A stretch of 64,000 nt of DNA from Candidatus Giovannonibacteria bacterium (GCA_016432405.1 CP066687.1:347040-411039); one strand, 5' to 3'. Counted from the stretch's first letter, positions 30,062 to 39,796 are shown. Made by a program: numbers and translations. Notes: generated by a model from the letters alone, not told the origin.

Positions 30062-31306
30062 GTGAAGCCGAAATTTAAAATCATTATTATGGCGGCGCTT
30101 TTGGCGCTGGTTTTATATTCTCTCTCTTTCGCCGCCGAGTCGGATGATTTGAAAAGCCAGATTGACCAGAAAAACACGGAAATCCAGCAATTGGAGACGG
30201 AGATTAAGCAGTATCAGGAGGGTATAGAAGAAGCCGAGTCAACCGCCGATACTCTCAAGGGTGAGATAAAGCGGCTGGATAACGAAATTAAAAAATTAAA
30301 CGCGCAAATCTCGCTCACCCAAACGCGAATCTCAAAAAAAGAGCTGGAAATAAAAGAATTGGGCAAGAACATCACCGACACCTCGGCGTCCATAAAAAAC
30401 CGCCAAGCGGCGCTCGCCAAGATATTGGAAGGACTTAACGCAAGAGAGAGCGAGGGGACTTTGACCGCGCTTTTAAAATATGACACAATGTCGGATTTTT
30501 TTGACGAGCTTGAGCGCATTAAATCTTTAAATGAAAGCATCCGCGAAAATTACGAGGAATTAAAAATGCTGAAACTTAATCTGGAAGACCGCAAACAAAA
30601 AGCGGAGGCGGCCAGGCGGGATTTGAAAAATCTTCAGAACGAGCTTCTGGCGCACCGCGAAATCCAAAAAGACGCGAGGGCAGAAAAAAATAACTTGCTT
30701 GCCGCGACGAAAAACCAGGAAGCGCTTTACCAAAAACTGCTCCGGGACCGCGAAAAGCGCCGCGCAGAAATTTACGAAGAGATAAAGCAGATAGAAAACG
30801 AGCTTAAAAAACAGATAGATTTCGGCTCTTTGCCGACTTTTGGCAGCGGAATTCTTTTAAACCCGATTGATGGGGGAGTGATAACGCAAGAATTCGGCCG
30901 CACGTCGTTTTCCAGATACACCGACGTTTACGGCAACGGTTTTCATAACGGAATTGATTTTAGGGCTGCGGTCGGCACGCCGATAAGAGCGGCTGACGGC
31001 GGCGTTGTTAAAGCCACCGGCAACACAGATTACATTTGCCCCAGGGGCTCATACGGCAAATGGGTCTTAATTGACCACCCAAACAAACTGGCGACTCTTT
31101 ACGCGCACCTTTCTTTGGTGCGCGTAGGCCCTCGCCAAGAAGTAGGAAAAGGTGATATAATTGGATATAGCGGAAACAGCGGTTATACCACCGGTCCGCA
31201 CCTTCATTTTACCGTTTACGACGCGCGCACGGTGCAGTTGAGAAAAAGCCGCGTCTGCGGGGTTTTGCCATATGGAGGATACCTTGACCCCGCAAATTAT
31301 TTATAA
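30062..31306 (+). CDS. M23 peptidase with N-terminal coiled-coil (EnvC/NlpD-like)
   Basis: HNGIDF (HxxxD) and HLHFTVY (HxH). Long heptad coiled-coil. GTG start. Confidence 0.8.
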   Translation: MKPKFKIIIMAALLALVLYSLSFAAESDDLKSQIDQKNTEIQQLETEIKQYQEGIEEAESTADTLKGEIKRLDNEIKKLNAQISLTQTRISKKELEIKELGKNITDTSASIKNRQAALAKILEGLNARESEGTLTALLKYDTMSDFFDELERIKSLNESIRENYEELKMLKLNLEDRKQKAEAARRDLKNLQNELLAHREIQKDARAEKNNLLAATKNQEALYQKLLRDREKRRAEIYEEIKQIENELKKQIDFGSLPTFGSGILLNPIDGGVITQEFGRTSFSRYTDVYGNGFHNGIDFRAAVGTPIRAADGGVVKATGNTDYICPRGSYGKWVLIDHPNKLATLYAHLSLVRVGPRQEVGKGDIIGYSGNSGYTTGPHLHFTVYDARTVQLRKSRVCGVLPYGGYLDPANYL

Positions 31307-31331
31307 ATTATATATAAAAATTCAATAAAAA

Positions 31332-31613
31332 ATGCGAAAACAGGGCTTTATACAAATAATAATCATAGCGGTGCTTTTGGTGATAATATTGAGCTTGCTT
31401 GGGGTTTCCTTAAACTCGCTTTTTTCCAATCCGGTTCTTCGGGAAAACTTCGGTTTTTTGGGGCAGTGGCTGGGGATACTTTGGGATAATTATTTTTCCG
31501 CGATTTTTAACTATTTTTGGAACATCTGGGTCAGCATTTTCTGGCAGCCATTTTTGGATACGATGAAAGGGCTTCAGAAAGGTATAAATCCTTTTACTCC
31601 AACAAACCCCTAA
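31332..31613 (+). CDS. Small hypothetical membrane protein
   Basis: ORF only. Confidence 0.3.
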   Translation: MRKQGFIQIIIIAVLLVIILSLLGVSLNSLFSNPVLRENFGFLGQWLGILWDNYFSAIFNYFWNIWVSIFWQPFLDTMKGLQKGINPFTPTNP

Positions 31614-31657
31614 GCTAAGGGTCGTAAAAGATATAATGTGCGACGTATAATATACGT

Positions 31658-32842
31658 ATGCGAACCTCCTACTCCGCGCTGGCGACGTACCAGCAATGCC
31701 CGCAGAAGTTTAAATTTGAAGTAATAGACAAAATAAAAGCGCCAAAGTCGCCGGAGGCGCTTTTTGGAAGTTCCATGCATGGGGCGCTTAAATTTATGTT
31801 TTCGCGCGACCCTCTGTTCCCCACCCTAGACGAGGTTTTAATTAATTTTTCCGAGAATTGGAAAAATGCCGCAGCCAAAGCGTCCAAATCCTTGGCATCA
31901 GAACTCGCGAAAATCTACGACGAAAGCGGGCGGAAGATGCTCAAAGAGTTTTTTAAATCAAACCCGCCGTGGAATTTCTCCGTCGTGGACACGGAATCAC
32001 GCTTTGAGGTTTTACTGTCGGACACCCAGACCCAGGAAACTCATATTTTGGCCGGCATCATAGACCGGATTGATAAAATCGGCGACGGCGAATATGAAAT
32101 TATAGATTATAAAACGAATAGAAAGCTCCCATCGCAGGAGGCGGCCGACCGGAATCTACAGATGTCGCTTTACCATATGGCGCTTACGCGCAGATGGCCA
32201 AGCATTTCTCCGGATAAAATCAAGCTCTCGCTTTATTTTTTAAAACACGACGAAAAAATATCTTCAAAAAGATCCGCGGAAAATTTAAAGACCACGAGGG
32301 ATTCCGTTTTAAAAACAATCAGGCAGATAAGCCAAAGCCAGGCGCAAGATAACTTCCCCACCATTGTCTCCAAGCTTTGCGACTGGTGCCCCTATAAGCC
32401 GATTTGTCCGGCCTGGAGGCATTTATATGAAAAAACAGAATACCCTGCTCCAGATGAGGCAGCATTGCAGAGCGCGCTTAGGGAATATTTTACAATCAAA
32501 GAAACGGACAATAAAAACGCGGCGCGCGTTAAAGAATTGCAAGAGATTATAAAAACCTATATGGATGCCCAGAAGATTGACCGCGTTTTTGACGAACGCG
32601 GATATTATATTTCAAAAAAACTTCAACAGAGGTTTAAATATGATTTTGACAAGGTAAAAGAAATTTTAACCGCCGCTGGTTTGGAAAGCGCGTGGCAGAG
32701 CATATTGGAAGCGGACGATAAAAAACTAAAGATAATTCTTAAAACCCTCTCCCCCGCCCTCCGTGCCCAGATTGAATCGCAAAAGATTTTAGCAAAAGAA
32801 TTTATCGTTTTAACTCCCTCATCAAAGCCGGCGAAAAAATAA
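31658..32842 (+). CDS. PD-(D/E)XK nuclease with a 4-Cys cluster (Cas4 / RecB / AddB-nuclease-like), standalone
   Basis: N-terminal Cys (YQQCPQKF). GIIDRID and EIIDYKT give the D…ExK core. QMSLY is the RecB-family QhxxY motif. C-terminal CDWCPYKPIC. Confidence 0.6.
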   Translation: MRTSYSALATYQQCPQKFKFEVIDKIKAPKSPEALFGSSMHGALKFMFSRDPLFPTLDEVLINFSENWKNAAAKASKSLASELAKIYDESGRKMLKEFFKSNPPWNFSVVDTESRFEVLLSDTQTQETHILAGIIDRIDKIGDGEYEIIDYKTNRKLPSQEAADRNLQMSLYHMALTRRWPSISPDKIKLSLYFLKHDEKISSKRSAENLKTTRDSVLKTIRQISQSQAQDNFPTIVSKLCDWCPYKPICPAWRHLYEKTEYPAPDEAALQSALREYFTIKETDNKNAARVKELQEIIKTYMDAQKIDRVFDERGYYISKKLQQRFKYDFDKVKEILTAAGLESAWQSILEADDKKLKIILKTLSPALRAQIESQKILAKEFIVLTPSSKPAKK

Positions 32843-32851
32843 AAAGGAGGG

Positions 32852-33358
32852 TCAGAACCCTCCTCCAGTGTTCAAATATACCTCAACTGCGGACGCATGA
32901 CTCCCAACTACAAATAAAACGTCTCCGATGCTGAATGCCATAGTTGGGTCTCGCAATTGCAATATATCCCCCAAAAACCGTAGCTTGGTTTTTTCATTAA
33001 TTGGTGCGTACCGCTCTTGTTCAATCGGATCGGCTGTTTCAAATACTCTAGCAGGAGTAGGCATTTTCATGCCATTCAATACAATTATCAAGTAATTAAA
33101 TAGCACGCCAGCCGAAGTTAAAAAGGCAGATACCCTGATTTCGTCAAAAAATATCCCTAATCCGAGAAACGCGGCCGCAAGAAGGATTTTTCTGGCCTTC
33201 CTGCTTTCTATAAGATCCCCGAGCAGATATACTGCGGCCCCAACCGGCGCAATCAATAGGATATTGCCGATTTTTATGGACAACACATACAGTGTTGATA
33301 TGCAAAAAACAGCAAAACCAAACTCTAGAATTTTTCGTATAACCAACTTTTCCGACAT
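32852..33358 (-). CDS. Hypothetical membrane protein (4 TM helices)
   Basis: ORF only. Confidence 0.35.
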   Translation of the reverse strand: MSEKLVIRKILEFGFAVFCISTLYVLSIKIGNILLIAPVGAAVYLLGDLIESRKARKILLAAAFLGLGIFFDEIRVSAFLTSAGVLFNYLIIVLNGMKMPTPARVFETADPIEQERYAPINEKTKLRFLGDILQLRDPTMAFSIGDVLFVVGSHASAVEVYLNTGGGF

Positions 33359-33451
33359 TTGTTAGCCCTCCTTATTCGGAATTCGGGTTTCTTTACATAG
33401 CTAAGCATATGAACAATAGATTGTCAACAAGATGTGGTACTACCCTCCGCT

Positions 33452-33480
33452 GTCCGACACTTAGTTTCGGACATGACCCC
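33452..33480. repeat. 29-bp element gtccgacacttagtttcggacatgacccc
   Basis: Identical (29 of 29) to the reverse complement of 43783..43810 inside the 16S insertion. It belongs to the CCGAAACTAAGTTTCGG palindrome family. Confidence 0.8.
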
Positions 33481-33562
33481 GGACGATAAAAAATTAAAAA
33501 AGAATTTACGGTGTTGACTTCTTCTACAAGGCCTGTAAACTTGGGATAGAAAGGAGAGTTCA

Positions 33563-34432
33563 ATGAAAATTCTTTTACACGAGGATATTCCTCGCTGGTA
33601 TAGCTTTGAATGGCAGGACAAGCCACCGCGAATACTTGTGTCGATTCACAAACGTTTCTTGGAGCATCTGCGGCCTTATCCAGATGGAGATAGCACCATT
33701 GAGCATCTCAAAGAAGAATTCGGTTTTACAAAGTTTGACTGGAGTTTCCGAAAAGGTTTTGGGTTTGACGACGCGATACGGCTCGTCAAAGATGAAGAAT
33801 TTAAAGTTTTTGAGGCAAGGTTGCCGAAAGTGTTTCAACTGACCGATAAGGTTTGTCGAAATTGTGAAGGCACTGGGCGCGATGAGCTCCGTGGCGGAAA
33901 GTGTCTTTATTGCGAAGGGAAGAAAAAAGAGCACGATTATGTTTGGACTCCAGCTTTCGCTGTTTCGTGCAGCTTGAACCTTTTTCTTGACTCCGCCTAT
34001 TACTTCCAAGAATCTTCTGGAACACCCAAAAAACAGCTTCTGTGCGTCCAATTGCATACTGCTCATGGTATGCATGGTGGAGAGTTGAGCGGTGTATATA
34101 GTCCTTCATTGGTGGAATGGCTTAGAGCGCACCGAGGCCGTATTCCAGAGATGGAAGATGCGATGCGTAGAGCATACGTTAGAATGCTTAGGGCTGATTA
34201 TCTGGATAACTTAAGCTTTATAGCTTCAGTAGAAAACGATAAAGGTTGGCTCAATGTCTCGTGCCCCGGAAGCGCCTGCGGGTTACATCCAACGGATCAT
34301 TTTATGCGCGACGGATATGGTTTTCAATTCAGCTCCCATAACGTGGACACGCCCGCCCAACAATTGACATTGCTAGCAGGGCTGGCGGCTCTCTATAATA
34401 AAGTTGATCAAGATCTCAAGGCAGGGCGCTAA
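33563..34432 (+). CDS. Hypothetical protein with a CxxC…CxxC zinc ribbon
   Basis: Promoter-like TTGACT-N17-TAAACT, SD aaggagag and ATG upstream. CRNCEGTG…CLYCEGKK. Confidence 0.4.
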   Translation: MKILLHEDIPRWYSFEWQDKPPRILVSIHKRFLEHLRPYPDGDSTIEHLKEEFGFTKFDWSFRKGFGFDDAIRLVKDEEFKVFEARLPKVFQLTDKVCRNCEGTGRDELRGGKCLYCEGKKKEHDYVWTPAFAVSCSLNLFLDSAYYFQESSGTPKKQLLCVQLHTAHGMHGGELSGVYSPSLVEWLRAHRGRIPEMEDAMRRAYVRMLRADYLDNLSFIASVENDKGWLNVSCPGSACGLHPTDHFMRDGYGFQFSSHNVDTPAQQLTLLAGLAALYNKVDQDLKAGR

Positions 34433-34475
34433 CGCCTTGCTTTTATTTTTAATTGATGATAAGTTATTAACTAAT

Positions 34476-34748
34476 ATGGCGCATACGAAGGCGGGAGGGT
34501 CAACGCAAAATAACAGGGATTCGCAGCCCAAGTTTCTGGGCATTAAATTATACGCCGGGGAGAAAGCCAAGCCCGGTGCGATTTTGGTGCGCCAGCGCGG
34601 CACGAAATTCATACCCGGAGCGGGAGCCAAAATCGGCAAAGACGACACAATTTACGCAGTGACGGAAGGAATTGTAAAATACGAAACCAAACGAAAAATC
34701 AGGTTTGACGGCTCAAAGAAGCAGATTCACAAAGTATCTGTAGTTTGA
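34476..34748 (+). CDS. rpmA: 50S ribosomal protein L27
   Basis: MAHTKAGGSTQNNRDSQPKFLGIKLYAGE…ILVRQRGTKF. The start was placed at the internal ATG. Confidence 0.85.
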   Translation: MAHTKAGGSTQNNRDSQPKFLGIKLYAGEKAKPGAILVRQRGTKFIPGAGAKIGKDDTIYAVTEGIVKYETKRKIRFDGSKKQIHKVSVV

Positions 34749-35169
34749 TTTCTTCGTTCCCCAGCACTATTTTGGCATCGTGCTTGCCGGTTGTTTTGAT
34801 CGGCTCTGCAATTTTCACCATATCCTCATTTAAATTTGCCGACAGAGGGAAACCTAACACCTTCATCGCGTCCAAAATTTCTTTCGCAGAGACGGCAGCG
34901 TATAATTTTCCATTTTTGTAGGCCTTTTTTCTGACCACTATCCCCTGCTCCGCAAGAACGGTTTTTAAAGCGCGGAATTCTTCGTGAGCATGCTCTCTTT
35001 GCGTTTTTTTGCTTTTTACCTCCGCCTCCGTCTTTTTTATGTTTTCCTCTGTCGCCGGCGCCGCGAGATTTCTCGGGATTAAAAAATTCCGCGCGTATCC
35101 GTCGGAGACGTTTTTAATATCCCCTCTTTGGCCGAGCTTGGCCACGTCTTTTAACATTATGATTTTCAT
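34699..35169 (-). CDS. rplI: 50S ribosomal protein L9
   Basis: MKIIMLKDVAKLGQRGDIKNVSDGYARNFLIPRNLA. Confidence 0.85.
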   Translation of the reverse strand: MKIIMLKDVAKLGQRGDIKNVSDGYARNFLIPRNLAAPATEENIKKTEAEVKSKKTQREHAHEEFRALKTVLAEQGIVVRKKAYKNGKLYAAVSAKEILDAMKVLGFPLSANLNEDMVKIAEPIKTTGKHDAKIVLGNEEIKLQILCESASLSRQT

Positions 35170-36425
35170 TTCCAGTTGTTTAAAATTTCCACTGCGCGTT
35201 CCATAACCGGGTCTCTTCCGGTGTTCGTGTCTTCTTTTGTTACTTTAACTTCAATATCCGGCGCAAGACCGCCCTCGGAGATAGATTGTCCTTTGGGCGT
35301 GAGCCATTTGGCTATGGTGACTTTCAGGGAAGTGTCCGCGGTAAGCGGAACCAGTTCCTGCACGGAAGCTTTCCCGAACGTCCGCTCGCCGACAAGTTTA
35401 GCGATGCTGTGGTCGCGCAAGGCACCAGCCAAAATTTCGGAAGCCGAAGCGGAGCCCTGATTTACCAATATGACTATCGGGGTGTTTTTAAATACGTAGT
35501 ATCCCCTGCTCCGGTGGATTATTTTTTCCGATTTTCCCCCGAAATCTTCCTGCACGACAACTTCTCCCTGCGGCAAGAACCAGCTGGCCATGTCCACCGC
35601 TGCTTCCAGATAGCCCCCGGGGTTGTTGCGCAAATCTATAATGAGTTTGGTGCGGCCTTTTTCAAGCATTTCCCGAAGAGCGTCCCTGAATTTTCCCGGA
35701 GAGTTTTCAGAAAAATTATAAAGCTTGATTATGAAAATATCCCCCAAATCCCTTTCTCCTTCCCCTCCCCTCCCGGCGCCGGCGGTTTTGGTTCCCGTAT
35801 CCACTACCGGTATTTTAATCACATCGCGCGTGATTTCTATAATGCGGCTTTCATCTTCTCCGTTTCTCAAAATAGTCAACTTTACTTTTGTGCCCTTCGG
35901 GCCGCGGATAAGGCCTACCGCCCTTTCAACGCTTAGGTCGGAAGTGATGCGGTCGTCTATTTTAAGAATTTTGTCCCCCGCTTTGATGCCCGCTTTCTCC
36001 GCAGGCGTGCTTTTTAACGGCGCTACGACTATCAAAACCTCCCGCCTTATGGCAATTTCCATCCCTACGCCTTCAAATTCCCCTTTTATGTCACTTTTGA
36101 AAATTTTATTTTCTTCCGGAGCAAAAAACACTGTGTAGGGGTCGCCCAAGGATTTAACCATCCCAGCTATCGCGCCGTAAATCATCTCTTTTCTTTTAAC
36201 TTTGTCTATGTCCACGAATTTTCCCTCCGCGATATTCCAAGCGTGCCAAAATTCCGAAAAGTCAACTTCTTCCCTGTCCGTGCCTATTTGCGGCGTTGTG
36301 TTCACAACGCCGACTAATTTGCTTGCAGCCGGCGTTTTTACGCCAAAATAAAACCCAACAGCGAAGGTTGAGGCCAAAATTAAGGCCGCGATGAACGCTA
36401 AGCCGAAGCGTTTTTTTATGTCCAT
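35166..36425 (-). CDS. C-terminal processing peptidase (S41) with PDZ domain
   Basis: LIIDLRNNPGGYL, a PDZ segment and an N-terminal TM anchor. Confidence 0.8.
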   Translation of the reverse strand: MDIKKRFGLAFIAALILASTFAVGFYFGVKTPAASKLVGVVNTTPQIGTDREEVDFSEFWHAWNIAEGKFVDIDKVKRKEMIYGAIAGMVKSLGDPYTVFFAPEENKIFKSDIKGEFEGVGMEIAIRREVLIVVAPLKSTPAEKAGIKAGDKILKIDDRITSDLSVERAVGLIRGPKGTKVKLTILRNGEDESRIIEITRDVIKIPVVDTGTKTAGAGRGGEGERDLGDIFIIKLYNFSENSPGKFRDALREMLEKGRTKLIIDLRNNPGGYLEAAVDMASWFLPQGEVVVQEDFGGKSEKIIHRSRGYYVFKNTPIVILVNQGSASASEILAGALRDHSIAKLVGERTFGKASVQELVPLTADTSLKVTIAKWLTPKGQSISEGGLAPDIEVKVTKEDTNTGRDPVMERAVEILNNWK

Positions 36426-36469
36426 ATTCGGCTATTATCGCAAAATTTTTTTTGTAGTACAATAGTGTA

Positions 36470-37798
36470 ATGCCGCCGCTTAAAATTTATAATTTTCTAA
36501 GCCGGAAAAAAGAAGTTTTCAGGCCTATAAAGAAAGGGCTGGTCGGTTTTTACGCCTGCGGGCCGACGGTATACGACTACGCCCATATCGGAAACCTCCG
36601 CACCTATATTTTTGAAGATGTTTTGCGGCGCACTCTTGAATACGCGGGATATAAGCTAAAACACGTGATGAATATTACGGATGTGGATGATAAAATAATC
36701 GCCCGCGCGCGCTTGGCCCAAAAAAACATCGGCGATTTCTCCGCGCCGTATAAAACGGCGTTTTTTGGTGACATTAAAAAAATAAATATTTTGCCGGCTT
36801 GGAAATATCCTGAAGCGACCAGGCATATTCCGGAGATGGTTAAGATGGCGAAGCGGCTGCTCCGAAAAAAGATTGCTTATCCCGCGAAAGACGGAATTTA
36901 TTTTGACATTTCAAAATTCAAGTCCTATGGCCGGCTGGCGAACCCGAGGCCGGGCGACAGAAAAGATTTTGTCATTTGGAAGTACGCCAAAAAGAATGAG
37001 CCCTTTTGGAGGTCGCCGTTCGGCCCCGGGCGGCCCGGGTGGCATCTGGAGTGCTCGGCAATGTCAATGAAATATCTGGGAGAGAGTTTTGATATCCACG
37101 CGGGCGGGGTTGATTTACTTTTTCCGCACCACGAAAACGAGATTGCGCAGTCAGAGGGCGCGACTGGCAAAAAATTCGTAAAGTACTTTGTTGAGGGCGA
37201 GCATCTTTTGGTGAACGGCAAGAAAATGTCAAAATCGCTCGGCAATATTTTTACTTTGCGCGATTTGGAGCGGCGAAATTTTAATCCCCTCGCTTTTCGC
37301 TACCTCGTTCTCTCCGCTCATTACCGCTCGCAACTTAATTTCACTTGGGAGTCGCTTAAGGCGGCGGAGAATTCGCTGGAGAGATTGCAGGAGTTTGTGC
37401 TATCGCTTAAATTGACCGAAACTAAGTTTCGGTCAATTACTGACCGAAACTTAGTTTCGGGCAAAGCTTTTCAAAAAGCCATCTGTGACGACCTAAACAC
37501 CCCAAAAGCGCTTGCTGTGGTGTATGCCGTGATGAACGAATATTATACAAATAAGGAAAAATTTGATGCGCGAGCCGTTCTGGCCCTTTTATATGATTTT
37601 GACAAGGTTTTGGGGCTTGGATTGGCCGGTATAGCACCAAAGGCCCCGCCGCCGGAAGCGTTAAAATTGTTGAAAGAGCGCGAGGCGGCAAGAAAATCGG
37701 GCGATTTTAAGAAAGCCGATAAAATTCGTGAAAAAATAAGGCGTTTGGGCTGGCAAATCAAAGATACGCGAACCGGCCCCGAACTTATTCACGCATAA
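36470..37798 (+). CDS. cysS: Cysteinyl-tRNA synthetase
   Basis: CGPTVYDYAHIGN (HIGH) and KMSKSLGN. It contains an in-frame palindromic insertion at 37424..37460. Confidence 0.9.
   Translation: MPPLKIYNFLSRKKEVFRPIKKGLVGFYACGPTVYDYAHIGNLRTYIFEDVLRRTLEYAGYKLKHVMNITDVDDKIIARARLAQKNIGDFSAPYKTAFFGDIKKINILPAWKYPEATRHIPEMVKMAKRLLRKKIAYPAKDGIYFDISKFKSYGRLANPRPGDRKDFVIWKYAKKNEPFWRSPFGPGRPGWHLECSAMSMKYLGESFDIHAGGVDLLFPHHENEIAQSEGATGKKFVKYFVEGEHLLVNGKKMSKSLGNIFTLRDLERRNFNPLAFRYLVLSAHYRSQLNFTWESLKAAENSLERLQEFVLSLKLTETKFRSITDRNLVSGKAFQKAICDDLNTPKALAVVYAVMNEYYTNKEKFDARAVLALLYDFDKVLGLGLAGIAPKAPPPEALKLLKEREAARKSGDFKKADKIREKIRRLGWQIKDTRTGPELIHA
37424..37460. repeat. Dimeric palindromic element gaccgaaactaagtttcggtc-aattac-tgaccgaaacttagtttcgg inside cysS
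   Basis: Encodes TETKFRSITDRNLVSG. A near-identical dimer lies at 50925..50973. Confidence 0.75.
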
Positions 37799-37860
37799 TT
37801 CACTTTTGATTCACCCCGCGGCTATTGCATTTAAGTATTTAAATATTTAAAATGTAGGTA

Positions 37861-39213
37861 ATGGCGCAGGTATTTTCACCTTTCAGCGTTTCGCGGATGC
37901 CCCCGCAGAGTTTGGACGCGGAGATTTCGCTTTTGGGCTCAATTTTGCTGGATGGCGGCACGATTGACCGCGTTGCCGACATTGTGAGCCATGAAGATTT
38001 TTATAAAAAAGAGCATCAGATAATTTTTGACGCCGCGATTTCCCTTTTTCAAAAAAGGAGCCCGATAGACGTGCTTACCGTGGGCGATGTTGTGAAGGCG
38101 GAAGGCAAATTGGATGAGATCGGAGGCAACGCTTACCTTACAACGCTCGTAAACAGCGTCCCGACTGCGTCCAACGCCGTTTATTACGCCGAAATCGTCA
38201 GAAAAAAGAAAATTCTGCGCGACCTAATTTCGGTTTCTCACGAGATTTCGCAAATGGGCTATCAGGAGGGCGAAGACGTGAATCTTTTGATGGACGAGGC
38301 GGAAAAGCGCATTTTCGCGATTTCCCAAAAATCTCTAATTAAGGGTTTTGAACCGGTATCCGGGGCGTTGGAAGAGGCATGGGAGAGGATAGATAAGATT
38401 CATAAAACGGGAGGGCTTCTGCGCGGAGTGCCCACCGGATTTAAGGTGCTGGATAACAAGCTTTCCGGCCTTCAGCGCTCTGATTTCATAGTTTTGGCCG
38501 CCCGCCCGTCCTTGGGTAAAACGGCTTTGGCGATGGATATTGCCAGGCACGCGGCGCTTGAAGAAGGAGTCCCGGTGGGAATTTTTTCTTTGGAAATGTC
38601 AAAAGAGCAGCTGGTGGACCGACTGATTGCGGCCGAAGCGCAGGTGAATTTGTGGGATTTGCGGACGGGCCGGCTTTCCTCGGAGGACGAATTTGAGATG
38701 ATTCGCGATGCCATGGGCAGATTAAACAGCGCGCCTCTTTACATTGATGATGACGTGTCTATTAATATTCTTCAGATGCGCGCCAAAGCAAGAAGGTTGC
38801 AGACGGAAAAAGGCCTCGGGCTTTTGATTGTGGATTATCTCCAGCTTATGGTGCCCAGAATCCAATCCGACAGCATGGTTCAGCAGATTACGGAAATTTC
38901 GCGCTCGCTTAAGGCGCTGGCAAGGGAGCTTAAAGTCCCTGTTTTGGCAATTTCCCAGCTTAGCCGCGCAGTGGAATCCCGCCCGAATAAAAAACCCCAG
39001 CTTTCGGATTTGCGCGAATCCGGCGCGATTGAGCAGGACGCCGACGTTGTCGCATTTATTTACCGCGAAGACAAGGTGAAAGAAAATTCGGACAGAAAAA
39101 ACCAGGCCGATATCATTATCGCCAAGCACAGGAACGGCCCGACTGGCGAGGTTCCTTTGTATTTCAATCAGGAGAAAGCCAGCTTTACCTCCATAGAAAC
39201 CAGTGAATTCTGA
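37861..39213 (+). CDS. dnaB: Replicative DNA helicase
   Basis: DnaB N-terminal domain (LDAEISLLGSILLDG) and Walker A in ARPSLGKTALAMDIA. Confidence 0.9.
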   Translation: MAQVFSPFSVSRMPPQSLDAEISLLGSILLDGGTIDRVADIVSHEDFYKKEHQIIFDAAISLFQKRSPIDVLTVGDVVKAEGKLDEIGGNAYLTTLVNSVPTASNAVYYAEIVRKKKILRDLISVSHEISQMGYQEGEDVNLLMDEAEKRIFAISQKSLIKGFEPVSGALEEAWERIDKIHKTGGLLRGVPTGFKVLDNKLSGLQRSDFIVLAARPSLGKTALAMDIARHAALEEGVPVGIFSLEMSKEQLVDRLIAAEAQVNLWDLRTGRLSSEDEFEMIRDAMGRLNSAPLYIDDDVSINILQMRAKARRLQTEKGLGLLIVDYLQLMVPRIQSDSMVQQITEISRSLKALARELKVPVLAISQLSRAVESRPNKKPQLSDLRESGAIEQDADVVAFIYREDKVKENSDRKNQADIIIAKHRNGPTGEVPLYFNQEKASFTSIETSEF

Positions 39214-39796
39214 TTATCTAGCCCAGCTTAGAAAATTATTTGAAAAGCTTCCTGGAATAGGTCCCCGGCAGGCCTCGCGTTTCATCTGGGCGCTTTTGGA
39301 TTTCGCGCCGGAAGAGAGAAAAAATTTGTCGGAACTCATCGGCGCTTTGGATAAAAATCTGGCCAGGTGCGCCGAATGTTTCAGGGCCGGCAAAACCAGC
39401 TTCTGCTCTTTTTGCGCGAAAGGCGGAAGCCGTGACCGCTCTAAAATCATGGTTGTGGAAAAAGACAGCGATTTGGTAAATATTGAAAAATCAAAAATTT
39501 ACGGCGGACTTTACCACGTTTTGGGGGGCGCGCTTGACCCGCTGGAGGATTCGGCGAGCGCGGCGCGCGAGCGCGTAAAAGCGCTCTACAAGCGCGCAGA
39601 GAGCGCGAAACCAAAAGAAATCATACTTGCGCTCTCTCCTACCAAGCTGGGCGAATTTACGGCAAGTTATATAACAAAAATTTTGGAGCCCTTGAAGATA
39701 AAAACCACCCGCCTTGCCCGCGGCCTCGCCACCGGAACTGACTTGGAATACGCCGACGAAGCGACTTTACGTCAGGCTCTTGACAACCGCAAGTAG
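39203..39796 (+). CDS. recR: Recombination protein RecR
   Basis: HhH LPGIGPRQASR, C4 zinc finger CAECFRAG…CSFC and a Toprim domain. Confidence 0.85.
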   Translation: MNSDYLAQLRKLFEKLPGIGPRQASRFIWALLDFAPEERKNLSELIGALDKNLARCAECFRAGKTSFCSFCAKGGSRDRSKIMVVEKDSDLVNIEKSKIYGGLYHVLGGALDPLEDSASAARERVKALYKRAESAKPKEIILALSPTKLGEFTASYITKILEPLKIKTTRLARGLATGTDLEYADEATLRQALDNRK

